Of a stretch of 31,001 nt of DNA, positions 13,568 to 23,226 are shown in pieces. The stretch spans positions 1 through 31,001 of IMG/VR virus record IMGVR_UViG_3300033067_001437. One strand, written 5' to 3'. Position 1 is the stretch's first letter. Each line of letters starts with the position of its first letter. The translations under genes and the position numbers were made by a program. The notes below the pieces were generated by a model, which did not search any database, had not been told where the DNA came from, and worked only from the letters and a program-made list of their open reading frames with translations. The stretch is from a virus. Taxonomy: Duplodnaviria > Caudoviricetes.

Positions 13568-14539
13568 TCACTCCCACTCGATAGTGACAAGGCCGTTGCC
13601 GCCGGCACCGACCGTGACGGCACCGCCAGAACCGATGGAGGCACCTCCACCACCAGCGCCGACACCACCAGCGCCTCCAACAACGGTACCGGTGGTGCCC
13701 GTTGATGCAGCACCGCCTCCGCCACCACAGGATCCGCCTGCGCCTCCACTTGGGGTTGCTGCGTTAGCGCCACCACTGCCTCCAGATCCGGCACCGCCGG
13801 CCGAGCCATTGCTGCTGGTCGCGCCGGCCGCACCGGAGGCGGTGTACTTCAGCAGCGGATTGCTGATCGCCGTCGTGATGTCATCGACAGACGTTTGCGC
13901 ACCGCGCCAAGATGCTCCCGGGGTGGTACCACTAGCCGCACCGCAGGCACCCCCACCTCCGCCGCCAACATTATTGGTAGAGGATGCGCCACCAGCACCA
14001 CCAACACCGCCCCCGCCACCTGATGTGTTACCCGTTCCAGATGCTGCTCCGCCAGCACCACCAGTTCCACGCAGAGAACCAGCCGCACCGCCGCCCCCGG
14101 AACTTCCCCCAGTTGTATTGGACGCATTCCCGCCCGCACCGCCAGAAGCTCCGAAGTCATAGGTTCCAGACGGCGCGCCGCCCGCGCCGCCGGTGGCCGT
14201 GGATCCTGCTGCTGCAGCACCGCCGACTGCGCCGTATCCTGCCGTGCTGGTCACCCCGGAGACCGTGAAAGATGTCGCCGTGGTCCCGCCGCCGGCACCG
14301 ACCGTGAAGGAGATCGAGACGCCTGCCGCAAGTATCAGTTCGCGCATCACAAAGGCCCCGCCGCCGCCGCCGGCTGCATTTCCGCCCGCGGTGCGAGAGC
14401 CACCGTTTCCGCCCGGGCCCACCGCGCAAAGGCGGTACTTTCCGGCCTTGGGCGTGGTGAAGCTGCCACTCGCTGGGAAGGCCAGGAAATTCTGGTATCC
14501 ACCCGCCGCGGATGGAAAGAACTGCGAAAGAGAACTCAT
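13568..14539 (-). CDS. Glycine-rich tail fibre / adhesin-like protein
   Basis: SGSFTTP...VGPGGNGG, poly-Gly tracts, C-terminal GGNGLVTIEW. Confidence 0.75.
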   Translation of the reverse strand: MSSLSQFFPSAAGGYQNFLAFPASGSFTTPKAGKYRLCAVGPGGNGGSRTAGGNAAGGGGGAFVMRELILAAGVSISFTVGAGGGTTATSFTVSGVTSTAGYGAVGGAAAAGSTATGGAGGAPSGTYDFGASGGAGGNASNTTGGSSGGGGAAGSLRGTGGAGGAASGTGNTSGGGGGVGGAGGASSTNNVGGGGGGACGAASGTTPGASWRGAQTSVDDITTAISNPLLKYTASGAAGATSSNGSAGGAGSGGSGGANAATPSGGAGGSCGGGGGAASTGTTGTVVGGAGGVGAGGGGASIGSGGAVTVGAGGNGLVTIEWE

Positions 14540-15114
14540 TACAAAACCCTCCAATCGGTGCCGTTGCACTTCAGCGTGATGGTGTAGCCCGCCTTATCGA
14601 AGGTCATGTCCTCGGCTACACCCATGATGGTTTTCCCGCCCCGTCCGATGACGTTGGTCAGTGAAGTTCCGGTATTAGCCAGGATGATGGTGTCGCCATC
14701 GACCGCTCCGCTTGGAAGCGCGTAGGTCTGGCCGGTGCTGGCGAACTCATAGGCGGTATTAACCGCCAGCGTCTGGCTGGTGGTCAGCGTCTGGAACTGG
14801 CCCAGGAAACCGGTGGCCAGGGCAGCGCTGGCAGCGGCTTCGGCGGCCTTGGTAGTTGCGATTCCTGCCTGCGTGGTAGCGGTATCTGCCCCAGTGGTGG
14901 CGGTACTGGCGGCCGTCGTGGCCGTGCTGGCAGCGCCGGTCGCCGTCGATGCCGCGGACGATGCCGTGGAGGCGTTGGTATTGACCTCGCCGACGACGAC
15001 GTTGATCTGGGTCACCATGGTGGGCAGCGCAGCCACCAGGGCGCCGGCCTTGGCTTCGAACGTGGCGGGGTCCGCCAGGCTAGGCGAATCTGGAAGCGGG
15101 GTAATGGTGCTCAT
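14539..15114 (-). CDS. Tail fibre-like protein
   Basis: Ala/Thr-rich stalk, LPSGAVDGDTI...GTDWRV end. Confidence 0.65.
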   Translation of the reverse strand: MSTITPLPDSPSLADPATFEAKAGALVAALPTMVTQINVVVGEVNTNASTASSAASTATGAASTATTAASTATTGADTATTQAGIATTKAAEAAASAALATGFLGQFQTLTTSQTLAVNTAYEFASTGQTYALPSGAVDGDTIILANTGTSLTNVIGRGGKTIMGVAEDMTFDKAGYTITLKCNGTDWRVL

Positions 15115-16013
15115 ACAAGGCCCTCGATTTGTAGGCGTGCTTCGGAAAACGTCGGGTAGGCGATGGTGATGCCCCAGTCGCGCACCCAGCCGTAGGCAGT
15201 TAGGCTTTCATAGCCCCTGGATTCATCTCCGACCCAGACCACGGGCGTGGCGCGGATCTCGGCGAGCATGGAGGCCACGTAATCGACCAGGGCGGCATTG
15301 ACGATCACGTCCAAGTCGATCCGCTTCGCGTAGCCCCGCTGCACCACGCTGGTGACCCCGTAGGCATCCGTTTCCTTGCGGCTGTAGTCGATGATGCCGA
15401 TCTGGGGCTTGGCCAGCGTCTCGCCCACCGTAATGGCGCGGCCGACCACCAGCGTGCCGCATCCGGCCGTCACACCGGCGGTGATGCTCACGGTCAGCCG
15501 GCCGCCGGTGTAGGGCGGCAGATCATCGACCACCAGCGTGGTCTTCTGCACCATGGACACCGTGAAGAATGCCCACCAGGAGACGATCGGCTCGGAGGGA
15601 TCGAACATGGAGAACGACGCGTCATAGACCACGGAGCCGCCCGGCGTCGACTCCATCGTCACATCGACGAGGCCGCCCGCCACGTCCAGCAGGGCCAGGG
15701 CATCGATACGGCCAGGATCCAGCACCACCGTCAGCGGCGTGGCCTGGGTGGTCACCGAGCCCACCGTCTGATCGAACATGGCCCAGCGATTCGTCGGGCC
15801 CACATCGACCCACCAGGTGCCGTCGTCGGTCGTCGGCGCGTGGTTGAGGTTGCCGGCCTGGGCCGATTTGTAGATGCGGTGCGTGCTGGTGCTGATGCAG
15901 TAGGCCCCGAGCGCATAGGTGGTGCCGCTGCTCCAGGCGGAATAGTCATTCTCGGCCCGGGTGCTGCTCACCAGAATGGCATCGGTCACCGGCGTGGGCT
16001 TGATGAACTTCAT
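15111..16013 (-). CDS. Tail tip protein
   Basis: Immediately downstream of tape measure; GPTNRWAMFD and GIIDYSRKETDAYG. Confidence 0.7.
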   Translation of the reverse strand: MKFIKPTPVTDAILVSSTRAENDYSAWSSGTTYALGAYCISTSTHRIYKSAQAGNLNHAPTTDDGTWWVDVGPTNRWAMFDQTVGSVTTQATPLTVVLDPGRIDALALLDVAGGLVDVTMESTPGGSVVYDASFSMFDPSEPIVSWWAFFTVSMVQKTTLVVDDLPPYTGGRLTVSITAGVTAGCGTLVVGRAITVGETLAKPQIGIIDYSRKETDAYGVTSVVQRGYAKRIDLDVIVNAALVDYVASMLAEIRATPVVWVGDESRGYESLTAYGWVRDWGITIAYPTFSEARLQIEGLV

Positions 16014-19000
16014 ACGGCGGCCCTCGTCGTTATGGCCTCATCCGGCGCCACTCGGCGCAGGATCTGGGCGGTGTCGAACGTCTGCTTGACGATCGCCTTG
16101 TTCTCGGCGGAATTGTTCTCCCGCAGCTGGCGGACTTCCTCGCGCAGGGCCCTCACCTCTTCGGCCAGGCCGGAGGATCCAGAGACGGCATCCATCAGCG
16201 CCCGGTTGTCGGCCGCCGGGATGATCCGCTCGCCCTTGTGGATCCGCGCATCCATGTCGTAGGGCACGTAGTTCGTACCCACGGCAAACGCCGGGATCTC
16301 GATTCCGTAGCGCTGGCCGATGGTGTCCACCGTCGTGCGCAGGCTGGCCAGGGTGGTGGCGGCCAGGTACGCCTGCTCCGCCGCAGTGGCGGTGACCGCC
16401 TTGCCGAGATCGACAACGGAGCGGGCCAGATCGGGAAGCTGCTGCGCCGCCGTCTTGTCGCCGGCACGGGCGGCAGCGGTGGCGATGGCAAAGCGGGCCT
16501 GCTCGGCGGCATAGTTCTGCGACTCGTTCAGGATCTCGCCGCGCAAGTCGCGCATGGTGCCGATGATCGCGTCGGCCACGGACTGCCATTCCTGCTTGAT
16601 GGCCGCGGCTGCGCTTTCCGCCGCCGACTTCTGGGCATCGGCCGTGCTGTAGCTGTACTGGGCCTGAGTCGCCGCCGCGACCGGCGCATATTGCGTCAGC
16701 TTGGGCAGGATCGCCGCCGCCGCATTGGTGATCTGCGTCAAATCGAGATTCTGCAGCACTGCCCCCATCGCATTGAGCGCCGCCTGCGCCTTGGCCACCA
16801 CCCCATCGATGGCCGCCGCCGACACCGCTGCGCCGGCCGCCATGGGCACCACGATCGAGTTATAGATGTTCTGCGCGATGCTCCCCACGGTGCTGCTGAT
16901 CAGCGCCGTGCGCACACTCTGCTCCAGGGCCTTGGCGAACGATTCCGCCGCGGTCATGCCCTTTTGTGGGTTGAAAGCCGCATCGAGGAGCATCTGGCCC
17001 ATTCCCGCCGCATCGAATCCGGCCCACTTCGCGGCAGCCTGCTGGGCAGCATCGGCTACCGACAGGAACGATGGCGCCATTTTCAGAAGCATGGCATACG
17101 TGCTGCGGCCAGACTCTGTGGTCAGGTCCAGGCCATCAACCAAGTCCTTGAAACCGTCCTTTGTCAGCGGCATGCTGAGTCCAAGCAGCGTAAATTGCTC
17201 TCCCATCGCCGCCATCCCCGCGTTGAACTGCTCCTCCTGGCTGTAGAACCCAGAGTAGTAGTTCGCCATATCCTGCCCAAGGCCGGCAATGTCCTTGGTC
17301 TTTGAAAGCAGCGCTGTGTAGGACTCCGTATCCAGCCCCAGCAGCTTGGCAATATCGATGGCCTTGTCGGCCACAGACAATTGCGCAATGGCAGCATCTA
17401 GCTGCTCTGCCGATGCGGTTGCCTCATCAATCCCATGGACAATGCTCTCGAAAATCGGGTTGATGTCCGCCAGATCGACCGCTGCAATGGTGGCCCGCTT
17501 GATCTCGTTGGCGATCTCCTTCTGGTAGTCTCCCCGATTCACCGAGTTGTTGTCGTGGTGGAAGTAGAGATTCCCGGAGGCGTCATAGACATCGGAAGCC
17601 ACCATGTCCGGCGCACTGCCCTGCGGATCCGTGTTGTATTTCAGGCCCAACTGCATGCCGGCAATACTCCCGCCCAGATCATGCACGTACTGGTCGATCC
17701 CCGTCAGCGTCGCTCCCACCATGTTGGACATGGCGCCGTTGCTGCCGTAGCTCAGATTATTGTTGCGGCCGTCGCTGTAGTAGTCGCCTGTCGAGAAAGC
17801 GGAAATATTCCCGGCCGCATCAATGCCGCGAACCGCGCCGCCCTCCTGCTTCGGGCCGCCGCCTTTGTCCAGGCCACCCAGGATCGCCATGGCGGCCAGG
17901 GCCGCCCAGCCCCACGGGCCAAGACCGCCAAGGGCACTGGACGCGCCGGACATAAACCCGGCGCCAGAAACCATTCCAGAAACCCCCCCCGCCAGCGCGG
18001 TCGACGCCGCGCCACTTACGAACCCGCCGACACCCCCCTGTTGATAGGCTGTCAGCATTCCACCGAGCGGAAGCACGTTGGCACCGGAAATCAAGTTAGC
18101 GCCATAGTCCCCCACTGACTTCCATCCGGTGGCATTCGATATCCCAATCAACCCCTGCCCGGCATAGTTGCTGATGGCCCCGCCGAACGCGCCCGCCCCA
18201 TTCCAATTACTGGCAAAACCACTCATGTTGCTGATTGCGTTCGCAGACCCAGCCGACGTACTAATGCCCATCAACTGCCCGCCACCAGCAACGATGGCCT
18301 GCACGACAAACTTCAGCACCATCGTCTTGAAGGTGTTTTCAAGATTCTTGGCGAACGCCTTGCCAAATGAATCGCCGGCTTCGAAGCTGCGCATCAGCGC
18401 ATCGGTCAAGCTCTGCTCGATGTCCCTGGAAAATTCCTGCCATGCCTGAGCCTGCTGTTGAAGTCCCGGGCGGGCCATGTCAGCACTCTTCAGGCGCTCC
18501 AAAGCGGAAATTTGCCTATCGATTGCTTCGACCTGACGCTGAATTGCATCAGCATCATCTTCACGAACCTCAATACTTTTCAGGGCGTCGAGGCGATCCC
18601 GTTTCAGCTGGATCTGCTCGTCGTATCTACGGGCAATCAACTCCTGAAGTTGATCCGCCGTCTTGCCAATTGCTTCGTTCTCTTGCTCAGCGGATTTCGC
18701 CTTTTCCTCAAGAGCCTTCGCTTCCTCGGATGCAGCTTGCGCATGGTCGCCAAGAATAGATTCCCAAAACTCCTTATCGGTCTTGGCAATCTTCTTCATG
18801 GCGGCCATATAGGCCGTCGCCGCCTTTTCGGCCTCGGAACCTAGATCCTGGATATATCCATATATCTTTTCCCGCTTGGATGCATCTGTGGTTCCCTTCA
18901 GCTGCTGTTTCAATACCTCCGCCCGAGCGGCCAGCCCACCGTTTCTAAGCGTAGCTATGCGGTCCCAATATTCGCGCTCATCAATTTCATCCGCATCGCG

Positions 19001-20731
19001 GGCTGCCTTGAGCAATTCTTCCTCTCTGGCAACGCCATGAGTAATTGCGGCGATCCGGTTCTCGAACTGCTGCTCGATGACCTGGGCCTGCTCCTTGCTG
19101 GCTTCCTTGTCAGAAAACTCCTTCTTGATGACGCCGAGCTTTTCCTGGTAGTCCCGGGTGAGCTTCAGGATCCGCTCCTGGCTGCCCGCAGCCGCCGCAA
19201 CTTCCTTCGCATACGCGGCATCCAGCTTGGCGACGGCCTGGCTCCGCTTCACCGCCTGGGTGGCATACAACTCTGTCCACTTCTCGGAGACAGTCGAGGC
19301 CATGCGGGCGCTGCGCTCCGCCAGATTCCGCTCTTTTGTCTCCAGCTCCTTGACTACATCGTCCCATTTCGACCAGTCTGCCCGCTCCGGGCTGCCCGCC
19401 TTCTTGCCGGATTCTTCGTAGCGCTGGGCCGCCATGTCTCGACGGGATCTGGCCACTTCGAGCGTTTCCTTGCCGAGACGAGCGGCCTCCTCCTCGGCAT
19501 CCCGCAGCGCCTCCTTGGCCTGATTGGCAGCCGCTGCAGCAGAGTTCCCCCAGATCGACCAGGCCGTCACTCCAAGCGAAAGCGCCGTGGTCACAACACC
19601 GATCGGCCCCCCAAGCATGCGGATGCCGGTCGCCAGGGGCCCCGTCGCTGCAGCCGCAGCCTGGGCACTCGCAAGCCGGGCCTCGGCATCGGCAAGCGCC
19701 TTAGCCGCCACTGCGCCCGCTCCGTAGGCGCCCGCAGCGCGAATTTGAGCCGCTGCCGCGGACTGCGCAGCAACGGCCTCGGCCAACTCCGCGGCGGTCA
19801 GCTGCTGGGATGCCTTTACCGCCGCCACCTTCCCGCTCACCGTGGCCATGATGGCACCCGCCACGCGGCCGGCCATGACGGATGCCAGCGCACCCCCAGC
19901 CACGGCGACCACGTTCATGTTGTCGGCGATCATCTGCAATCCGCCGGCGGCGCCCTTGAACACGCCGGTGGACTGCTCGAAACTGCCCACCGTCGCCGTC
20001 CAGGCATTGCGGACATTGGTGAGCGCTCCGCCAATGGTCACCGGCATCCGGGCAAACTCTGCGGATATCCTGGTCGCCTGCCCCTCGAGCGCCGTTACCA
20101 GCTTCTCGCTGGTCAGCTGCCCCGCCTCGCCCAACTCACGAAGTCTGCCGATCGGAACCCCAAGCCCGTCGGCCAGGGCCTGGGCCAGTCGAGGCGACTG
20201 CTCGAGAATTGAATTCAGCTCCTCGCCGCGCAATACACCGGACGACAGTGCCTGGCCGAACTGGAGCAGTGCCGCCTGAGCAGACTCGGTGGAAGCCCCG
20301 GATACCGCCATGGCCTGGGCCACGGTAGTGGTCAGTCCGGCAATCCGCTCGGAAGACAATTTCAAGTCGTCAGATTGACGAGCGAACTTCTCATAGATCT
20401 GCCCAACCTCGCCGATCCCCATCCGCGTGGCCTGGGCAATTGTCAGCACGCGCTCATAGGCCACCGCGGCCGCCGCCGATCCGGACGTCACCAAGGAGAG
20501 CCTGGCATTCAGGTTGGCCCAGGCATCGGCCGTCTGGGCAATCTGCTGCACCCCAAGGCCGGCAACGGCGGCATGCCCCATGCGGGAGAAACTCGCCGTC
20601 AGTGATTCCGTCGCACGCTCGGTACCGGAGAGGCTCTTCTCCATCCCGGCAATGGCCTGGCTGCCCCGCTTGGCTGCGGCCTCGACTCCGGCAGCGTCTG
20701 CCGTGATGCGGATTTGCACGTCGTTGGTCAT
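16010..20731 (-). CDS. Tape measure protein (1573 aa)
   Basis: Ala-rich helical protein with QFGQALSSGVLRGEELNSILEQSPRLA tape-measure motif; follows chaperones. Confidence 0.95.
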   Translation of the reverse strand: MTNDVQIRITADAAGVEAAAKRGSQAIAGMEKSLSGTERATESLTASFSRMGHAAVAGLGVQQIAQTADAWANLNARLSLVTSGSAAAAVAYERVLTIAQATRMGIGEVGQIYEKFARQSDDLKLSSERIAGLTTTVAQAMAVSGASTESAQAALLQFGQALSSGVLRGEELNSILEQSPRLAQALADGLGVPIGRLRELGEAGQLTSEKLVTALEGQATRISAEFARMPVTIGGALTNVRNAWTATVGSFEQSTGVFKGAAGGLQMIADNMNVVAVAGGALASVMAGRVAGAIMATVSGKVAAVKASQQLTAAELAEAVAAQSAAAAQIRAAGAYGAGAVAAKALADAEARLASAQAAAAATGPLATGIRMLGGPIGVVTTALSLGVTAWSIWGNSAAAAANQAKEALRDAEEEAARLGKETLEVARSRRDMAAQRYEESGKKAGSPERADWSKWDDVVKELETKERNLAERSARMASTVSEKWTELYATQAVKRSQAVAKLDAAYAKEVAAAAGSQERILKLTRDYQEKLGVIKKEFSDKEASKEQAQVIEQQFENRIAAITHGVAREEELLKAARDADEIDEREYWDRIATLRNGGLAARAEVLKQQLKGTTDASKREKIYGYIQDLGSEAEKAATAYMAAMKKIAKTDKEFWESILGDHAQAASEEAKALEEKAKSAEQENEAIGKTADQLQELIARRYDEQIQLKRDRLDALKSIEVREDDADAIQRQVEAIDRQISALERLKSADMARPGLQQQAQAWQEFSRDIEQSLTDALMRSFEAGDSFGKAFAKNLENTFKTMVLKFVVQAIVAGGGQLMGISTSAGSANAISNMSGFASNWNGAGAFGGAISNYAGQGLIGISNATGWKSVGDYGANLISGANVLPLGGMLTAYQQGGVGGFVSGAASTALAGGVSGMVSGAGFMSGASSALGGLGPWGWAALAAMAILGGLDKGGGPKQEGGAVRGIDAAGNISAFSTGDYYSDGRNNNLSYGSNGAMSNMVGATLTGIDQYVHDLGGSIAGMQLGLKYNTDPQGSAPDMVASDVYDASGNLYFHHDNNSVNRGDYQKEIANEIKRATIAAVDLADINPIFESIVHGIDEATASAEQLDAAIAQLSVADKAIDIAKLLGLDTESYTALLSKTKDIAGLGQDMANYYSGFYSQEEQFNAGMAAMGEQFTLLGLSMPLTKDGFKDLVDGLDLTTESGRSTYAMLLKMAPSFLSVADAAQQAAAKWAGFDAAGMGQMLLDAAFNPQKGMTAAESFAKALEQSVRTALISSTVGSIAQNIYNSIVVPMAAGAAVSAAAIDGVVAKAQAALNAMGAVLQNLDLTQITNAAAAILPKLTQYAPVAAATQAQYSYSTADAQKSAAESAAAAIKQEWQSVADAIIGTMRDLRGEILNESQNYAAEQARFAIATAAARAGDKTAAQQLPDLARSVVDLGKAVTATAAEQAYLAATTLASLRTTVDTIGQRYGIEIPAFAVGTNYVPYDMDARIHKGERIIPAADNRALMDAVSGSSGLAEEVRALREEVRQLRENNSAENKAIVKQTFDTAQILRRVAPDEAITTRAAV

Positions 20732-20748
20732 TGCGCTACAGTCCGATC

Positions 20749-20913
20749 ATGTTGAGTGCATTCATCACCGCAGTCCCCTATGTCGTCGTGCTCGGATTTC
20801 TAGGGGTCCTGTTCTGGGCAGTTCACCCAGCCATCCTGGTTGCCTGGGTCGTGGCGTGCGTTGCCATTGGCGCGTACCAGATCACTTCTCGTTCCGCTCG
20901 GCCAGGACCATAA
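20749..20913 (+). CDS. Possible small antisense membrane protein
   Basis: Two hydrophobic segments; fills the gap between chaperone and tape measure genes on the opposite strand. Confidence 0.35.
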   Translation: MLSAFITAVPYVVVLGFLGVLFWAVHPAILVAWVVACVAIGAYQITSRSARPGP

Positions 20914-21199
20914 GCGTCTCCCGCTCCATGACCCGGATGCCGTCGAACCGCTCCTTGTCGAGCGGTATCTCGAGCAGCTGAGCCACCACCGGCAACTGGC
21001 TGTAATCCAATCCCGTCGGCCCGCCGAATCCGATTCGCCACTGAGTGCTCATGGCATGGAACAGGAGAAACGTCTCCCAGTTGCATGACCACACCTCGAA
21101 TGGAGGCGGCGGGGTAGCTGCCATCGACATCGCCGCATCGGGCGTAAACCCGATGGCGATGTAGTCTGCTGCTGTGGAGGCTTGCGGGCCGGCGAGCAA
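20882..21199 (-). CDS. Tail assembly chaperone, gpT-like part (DUF1799-like)
   Basis: TQWRIGFGGPTGLDYS...IRVMERETL; reachable by -1 frameshift from the upstream gene. Confidence 0.85.
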   Translation of the reverse strand: MLAGPQASTAADYIAIGFTPDAAMSMAATPPPPFEVWSCNWETFLLFHAMSTQWRIGFGGPTGLDYSQLPVVAQLLEIPLDKERFDGIRVMERETLMVLAERNEK

Positions 21200-21216
21200 C
21201 TCCCGCGCCGCCTCCC

Positions 21217-21525
21217 TCAGTTTTTTTGCTGGGCCGCAAACAGCGCATTGACGTAGGTATGAAAGAGCGCGGGGGGAAGCGCCGGATACGTCTCGGAGAG
21301 AGATTCCAGGTAGGCAGGGCTGTAGGCGCCAGGCGCATCAGACCAGTCCTCGATAATTTCCGGAAGCCGCTTGACCAGCGGATCGCCCGCCATCGATGCC
21401 ACCCACTCGTCGTACTCGGTCTTGGTCTTGTGGCGGTACTTGACCTTCATTCCATCCCGCGGAGACCCGGGGACAAAACCAAATACAGGAAGTTCGAATA
21501 CCGGATTCGGTTGCTCTTTGAACAT
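21217..21525 (-). CDS. Tail assembly chaperone, gpG-like
   Basis: Between tail tube and tape measure; ends in slippery CAA AAA AAC TGA. Confidence 0.85.
   Translation of the reverse strand: MFKEQPNPVFELPVFGFVPGSPRDGMKVKYRHKTKTEYDEWVASMAGDPLVKRLPEIIEDWSDAPGAYSPAYLESLSETYPALPPALFHTYVNALFAAQQKN
21220..21226 (-). other. Programmed -1 frameshift heptamer A AAA AAC
   Basis: The -1 frame reads K L R E A A R E L L A G P directly into ORF 20882..21199. Confidence 0.85.
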
Positions 21526-21627
21526 GGTTCGCCTCTCGATGATTCCGCCTCGATGGGTTCCGACGGCTGCCGCGGAGGCGGTCGCGGCCCGGGCAGGGAG
21601 GGGCCCGGTGCCGTCGGAATTCAGTGC

Positions 21628-22284
21628 TTACGGCTTGGCGTAGCGGACGCGGCTGGCGATGTTGATCGTCACGTCCGTGGTCATGATGCTGTTGGCGTTG
21701 TCCGCCTTGGGCAGGCCGGCCGCGCCGACGTAGCCGAAGAACAGCATCTCCAGCGCATCCGGGAAGACGATGCGGAAGCCAACCTTGGAGGAGGCATCGG
21801 CCGCCGCCTGGATGGCAATCAGGCCGGCGTCGTTCGGGTCCCAGACGCAGGGCAGGGACACCTGGCCGGCCGCCTTGGTGGTCGGGATCTTGCGGGTGAT
21901 CTTGTCCCACAGGTAGGTGTACTCGCCGAACTGCTGATCACCGCCCGACATGTTGAAGCCGGTGGCCACCTGGATCTCCGTGGCCATGGTGACGAGCTGG
22001 ATGTTGCCGGAGACAAAGGTGCCGTAGGAGGTGCTGTCCTGGTCTTCCAGCTCCAGGGTGTTGGAGGTGGTGTTGACGTTGGCGACGCGGACCAGGGCAT
22101 CCTCGAGGTCGGTCATGCCGAACATGCTGGTCAGGGCGGCATAGGTGCCGTTGGTCCAGGTGTCGGCGCCCGAGTAGGTGAGCACGGGCGGCGCGGCCTT
22201 GGTTATGGAACTGATGGCCTGGGTGGCCGAGATGGCCGACTGCATGTAGATGCGGGTTCCGGCAGGGGTGCGGACGGTGGGCAT
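21628..22284 (-). CDS. Major tail tube protein
   Basis: Size and position; ISSITKAAP...SGGDQQF...FRIVFPD...FFGYV. Confidence 0.85.
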   Translation of the reverse strand: MPTVRTPAGTRIYMQSAISATQAISSITKAAPPVLTYSGADTWTNGTYAALTSMFGMTDLEDALVRVANVNTTSNTLELEDQDSTSYGTFVSGNIQLVTMATEIQVATGFNMSGGDQQFGEYTYLWDKITRKIPTTKAAGQVSLPCVWDPNDAGLIAIQAAADASSKVGFRIVFPDALEMLFFGYVGAAGLPKADNANSIMTTDVTINIASRVRYAKP

Positions 22285-22293
22285 GGCGTGCTC

Positions 22294-22719
22294 CTAGAAG
22301 TAGGCGACCCGGAGGTAAACAGGAAGCCGGACAACCGGCTTGTCGGTGCTGTCATCCATCTCCGGGTCACCAATGGATGCGAGCGTGGTACTCAGGGCAA
22401 TGCCGCCCAGGGCGTTGTGGGCGGTGGAATCGAACAGGCGGCCTTCGAGCTCCTGGAGCGCGGTGTCGGCGGTGTCTTCATAGCCGTCGGATGCCTTGAC
22501 GACGATGTCCACGCGCACCGTGAGCAGGCGACGCTGGGCCTGGTTGAGGAAGAGGGTTTCGGTGTCCAGCTCTTCGCTGCCGGTACTGACCAGCATGGCC
22601 GGAACTTCGGCCGCCGTCAGCGGCCGCAGCCGGGACGGATAAACCCGGGCGCCGCAGGTGACCAGGCCAGCCAGGGCGGAGGCAATGGCCTGGCGGATCT
22701 GGGTGCGCTTGTGGCTCAT
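22294..22719 (-). CDS. Tail terminator / completion protein
   Basis: MSHKRTQIRQAI...RVYPSR N-terminus; position before tail tube. Confidence 0.75.
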   Translation of the reverse strand: MSHKRTQIRQAIASALAGLVTCGARVYPSRLRPLTAAEVPAMLVSTGSEELDTETLFLNQAQRRLLTVRVDIVVKASDGYEDTADTALQELEGRLFDSTAHNALGGIALSTTLASIGDPEMDDSTDKPVVRLPVYLRVAYF

Positions 22720-23009
22720 GCGGACTCCAGGATCAGCAGGCCCATGCCGCTCGGGTCATCATTGGGCAGCTGCACCTCGACCACCGCGTAGACCTTGCCG
22801 AGAATGGTTGCCGCAGATCCGGCAACCACCCCGGCGAGATCCCCCGCCGGCGCCCGGAAGCGGGGCTGACTGCCCGCCATCTGGCCGAAGGCTTCGCTAT
22901 AGCCGTTGCCGAACAACCCGGGCACGGGCTGGCCACCAATGGTGGCGAGCGCATACCCGGGCATGTCCGGATCAACGAATGCGGCGAGGTCTGCGGCATC
23001 GAAGGGCAT
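22716..23009 (-). CDS. Head-tail joining protein
   Basis: Position; D-x-x-G-M...L-I-L C-terminus. Confidence 0.7.
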   Translation of the reverse strand: MPFDAADLAAFVDPDMPGYALATIGGQPVPGLFGNGYSEAFGQMAGSQPRFRAPAGDLAGVVAGSAATILGKVYAVVEVQLPNDDPSGMGLLILESA

Positions 23010-23012
23010 GGA

Positions 23013-23216
23013 TCAGCCGTTCTCCGGGGATTCCTCGGCCTTGGCGGCGTCCGCCTCGGCCTTGGCGAGGGCCTTGGCCACCACCGGATCCACCAGCACA
23101 CCGGCGACCAGGAGGGACGCGGCCTTGGCCTCGTCCATCTCGATCTTGTTGCCCGGGGCAAAGGGTTCGCCGTCGTGCTGCAGCGGGCTTTCCACCAGGT
23201 AGGTCTTCTTGGCCAT
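23013..23216 (-). CDS. Small virion-associated protein
   Basis: PLQHDGEPFAPGNKIEM motif; directly after capsid gene. Confidence 0.65.
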   Translation of the reverse strand: MAKKTYLVESPLQHDGEPFAPGNKIEMDEAKAASLLVAGVLVDPVVAKALAKAEADAAKAEESPENG

Positions 23217-23226
23217 GGCGGTCCCC

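Noticed and set aside
13600-14430. GCC/CCG-rich low-complexity tract as a DNA repeat element
   Set aside because: It reflects poly-Gly/Ala codons of the Gly-rich tail protein
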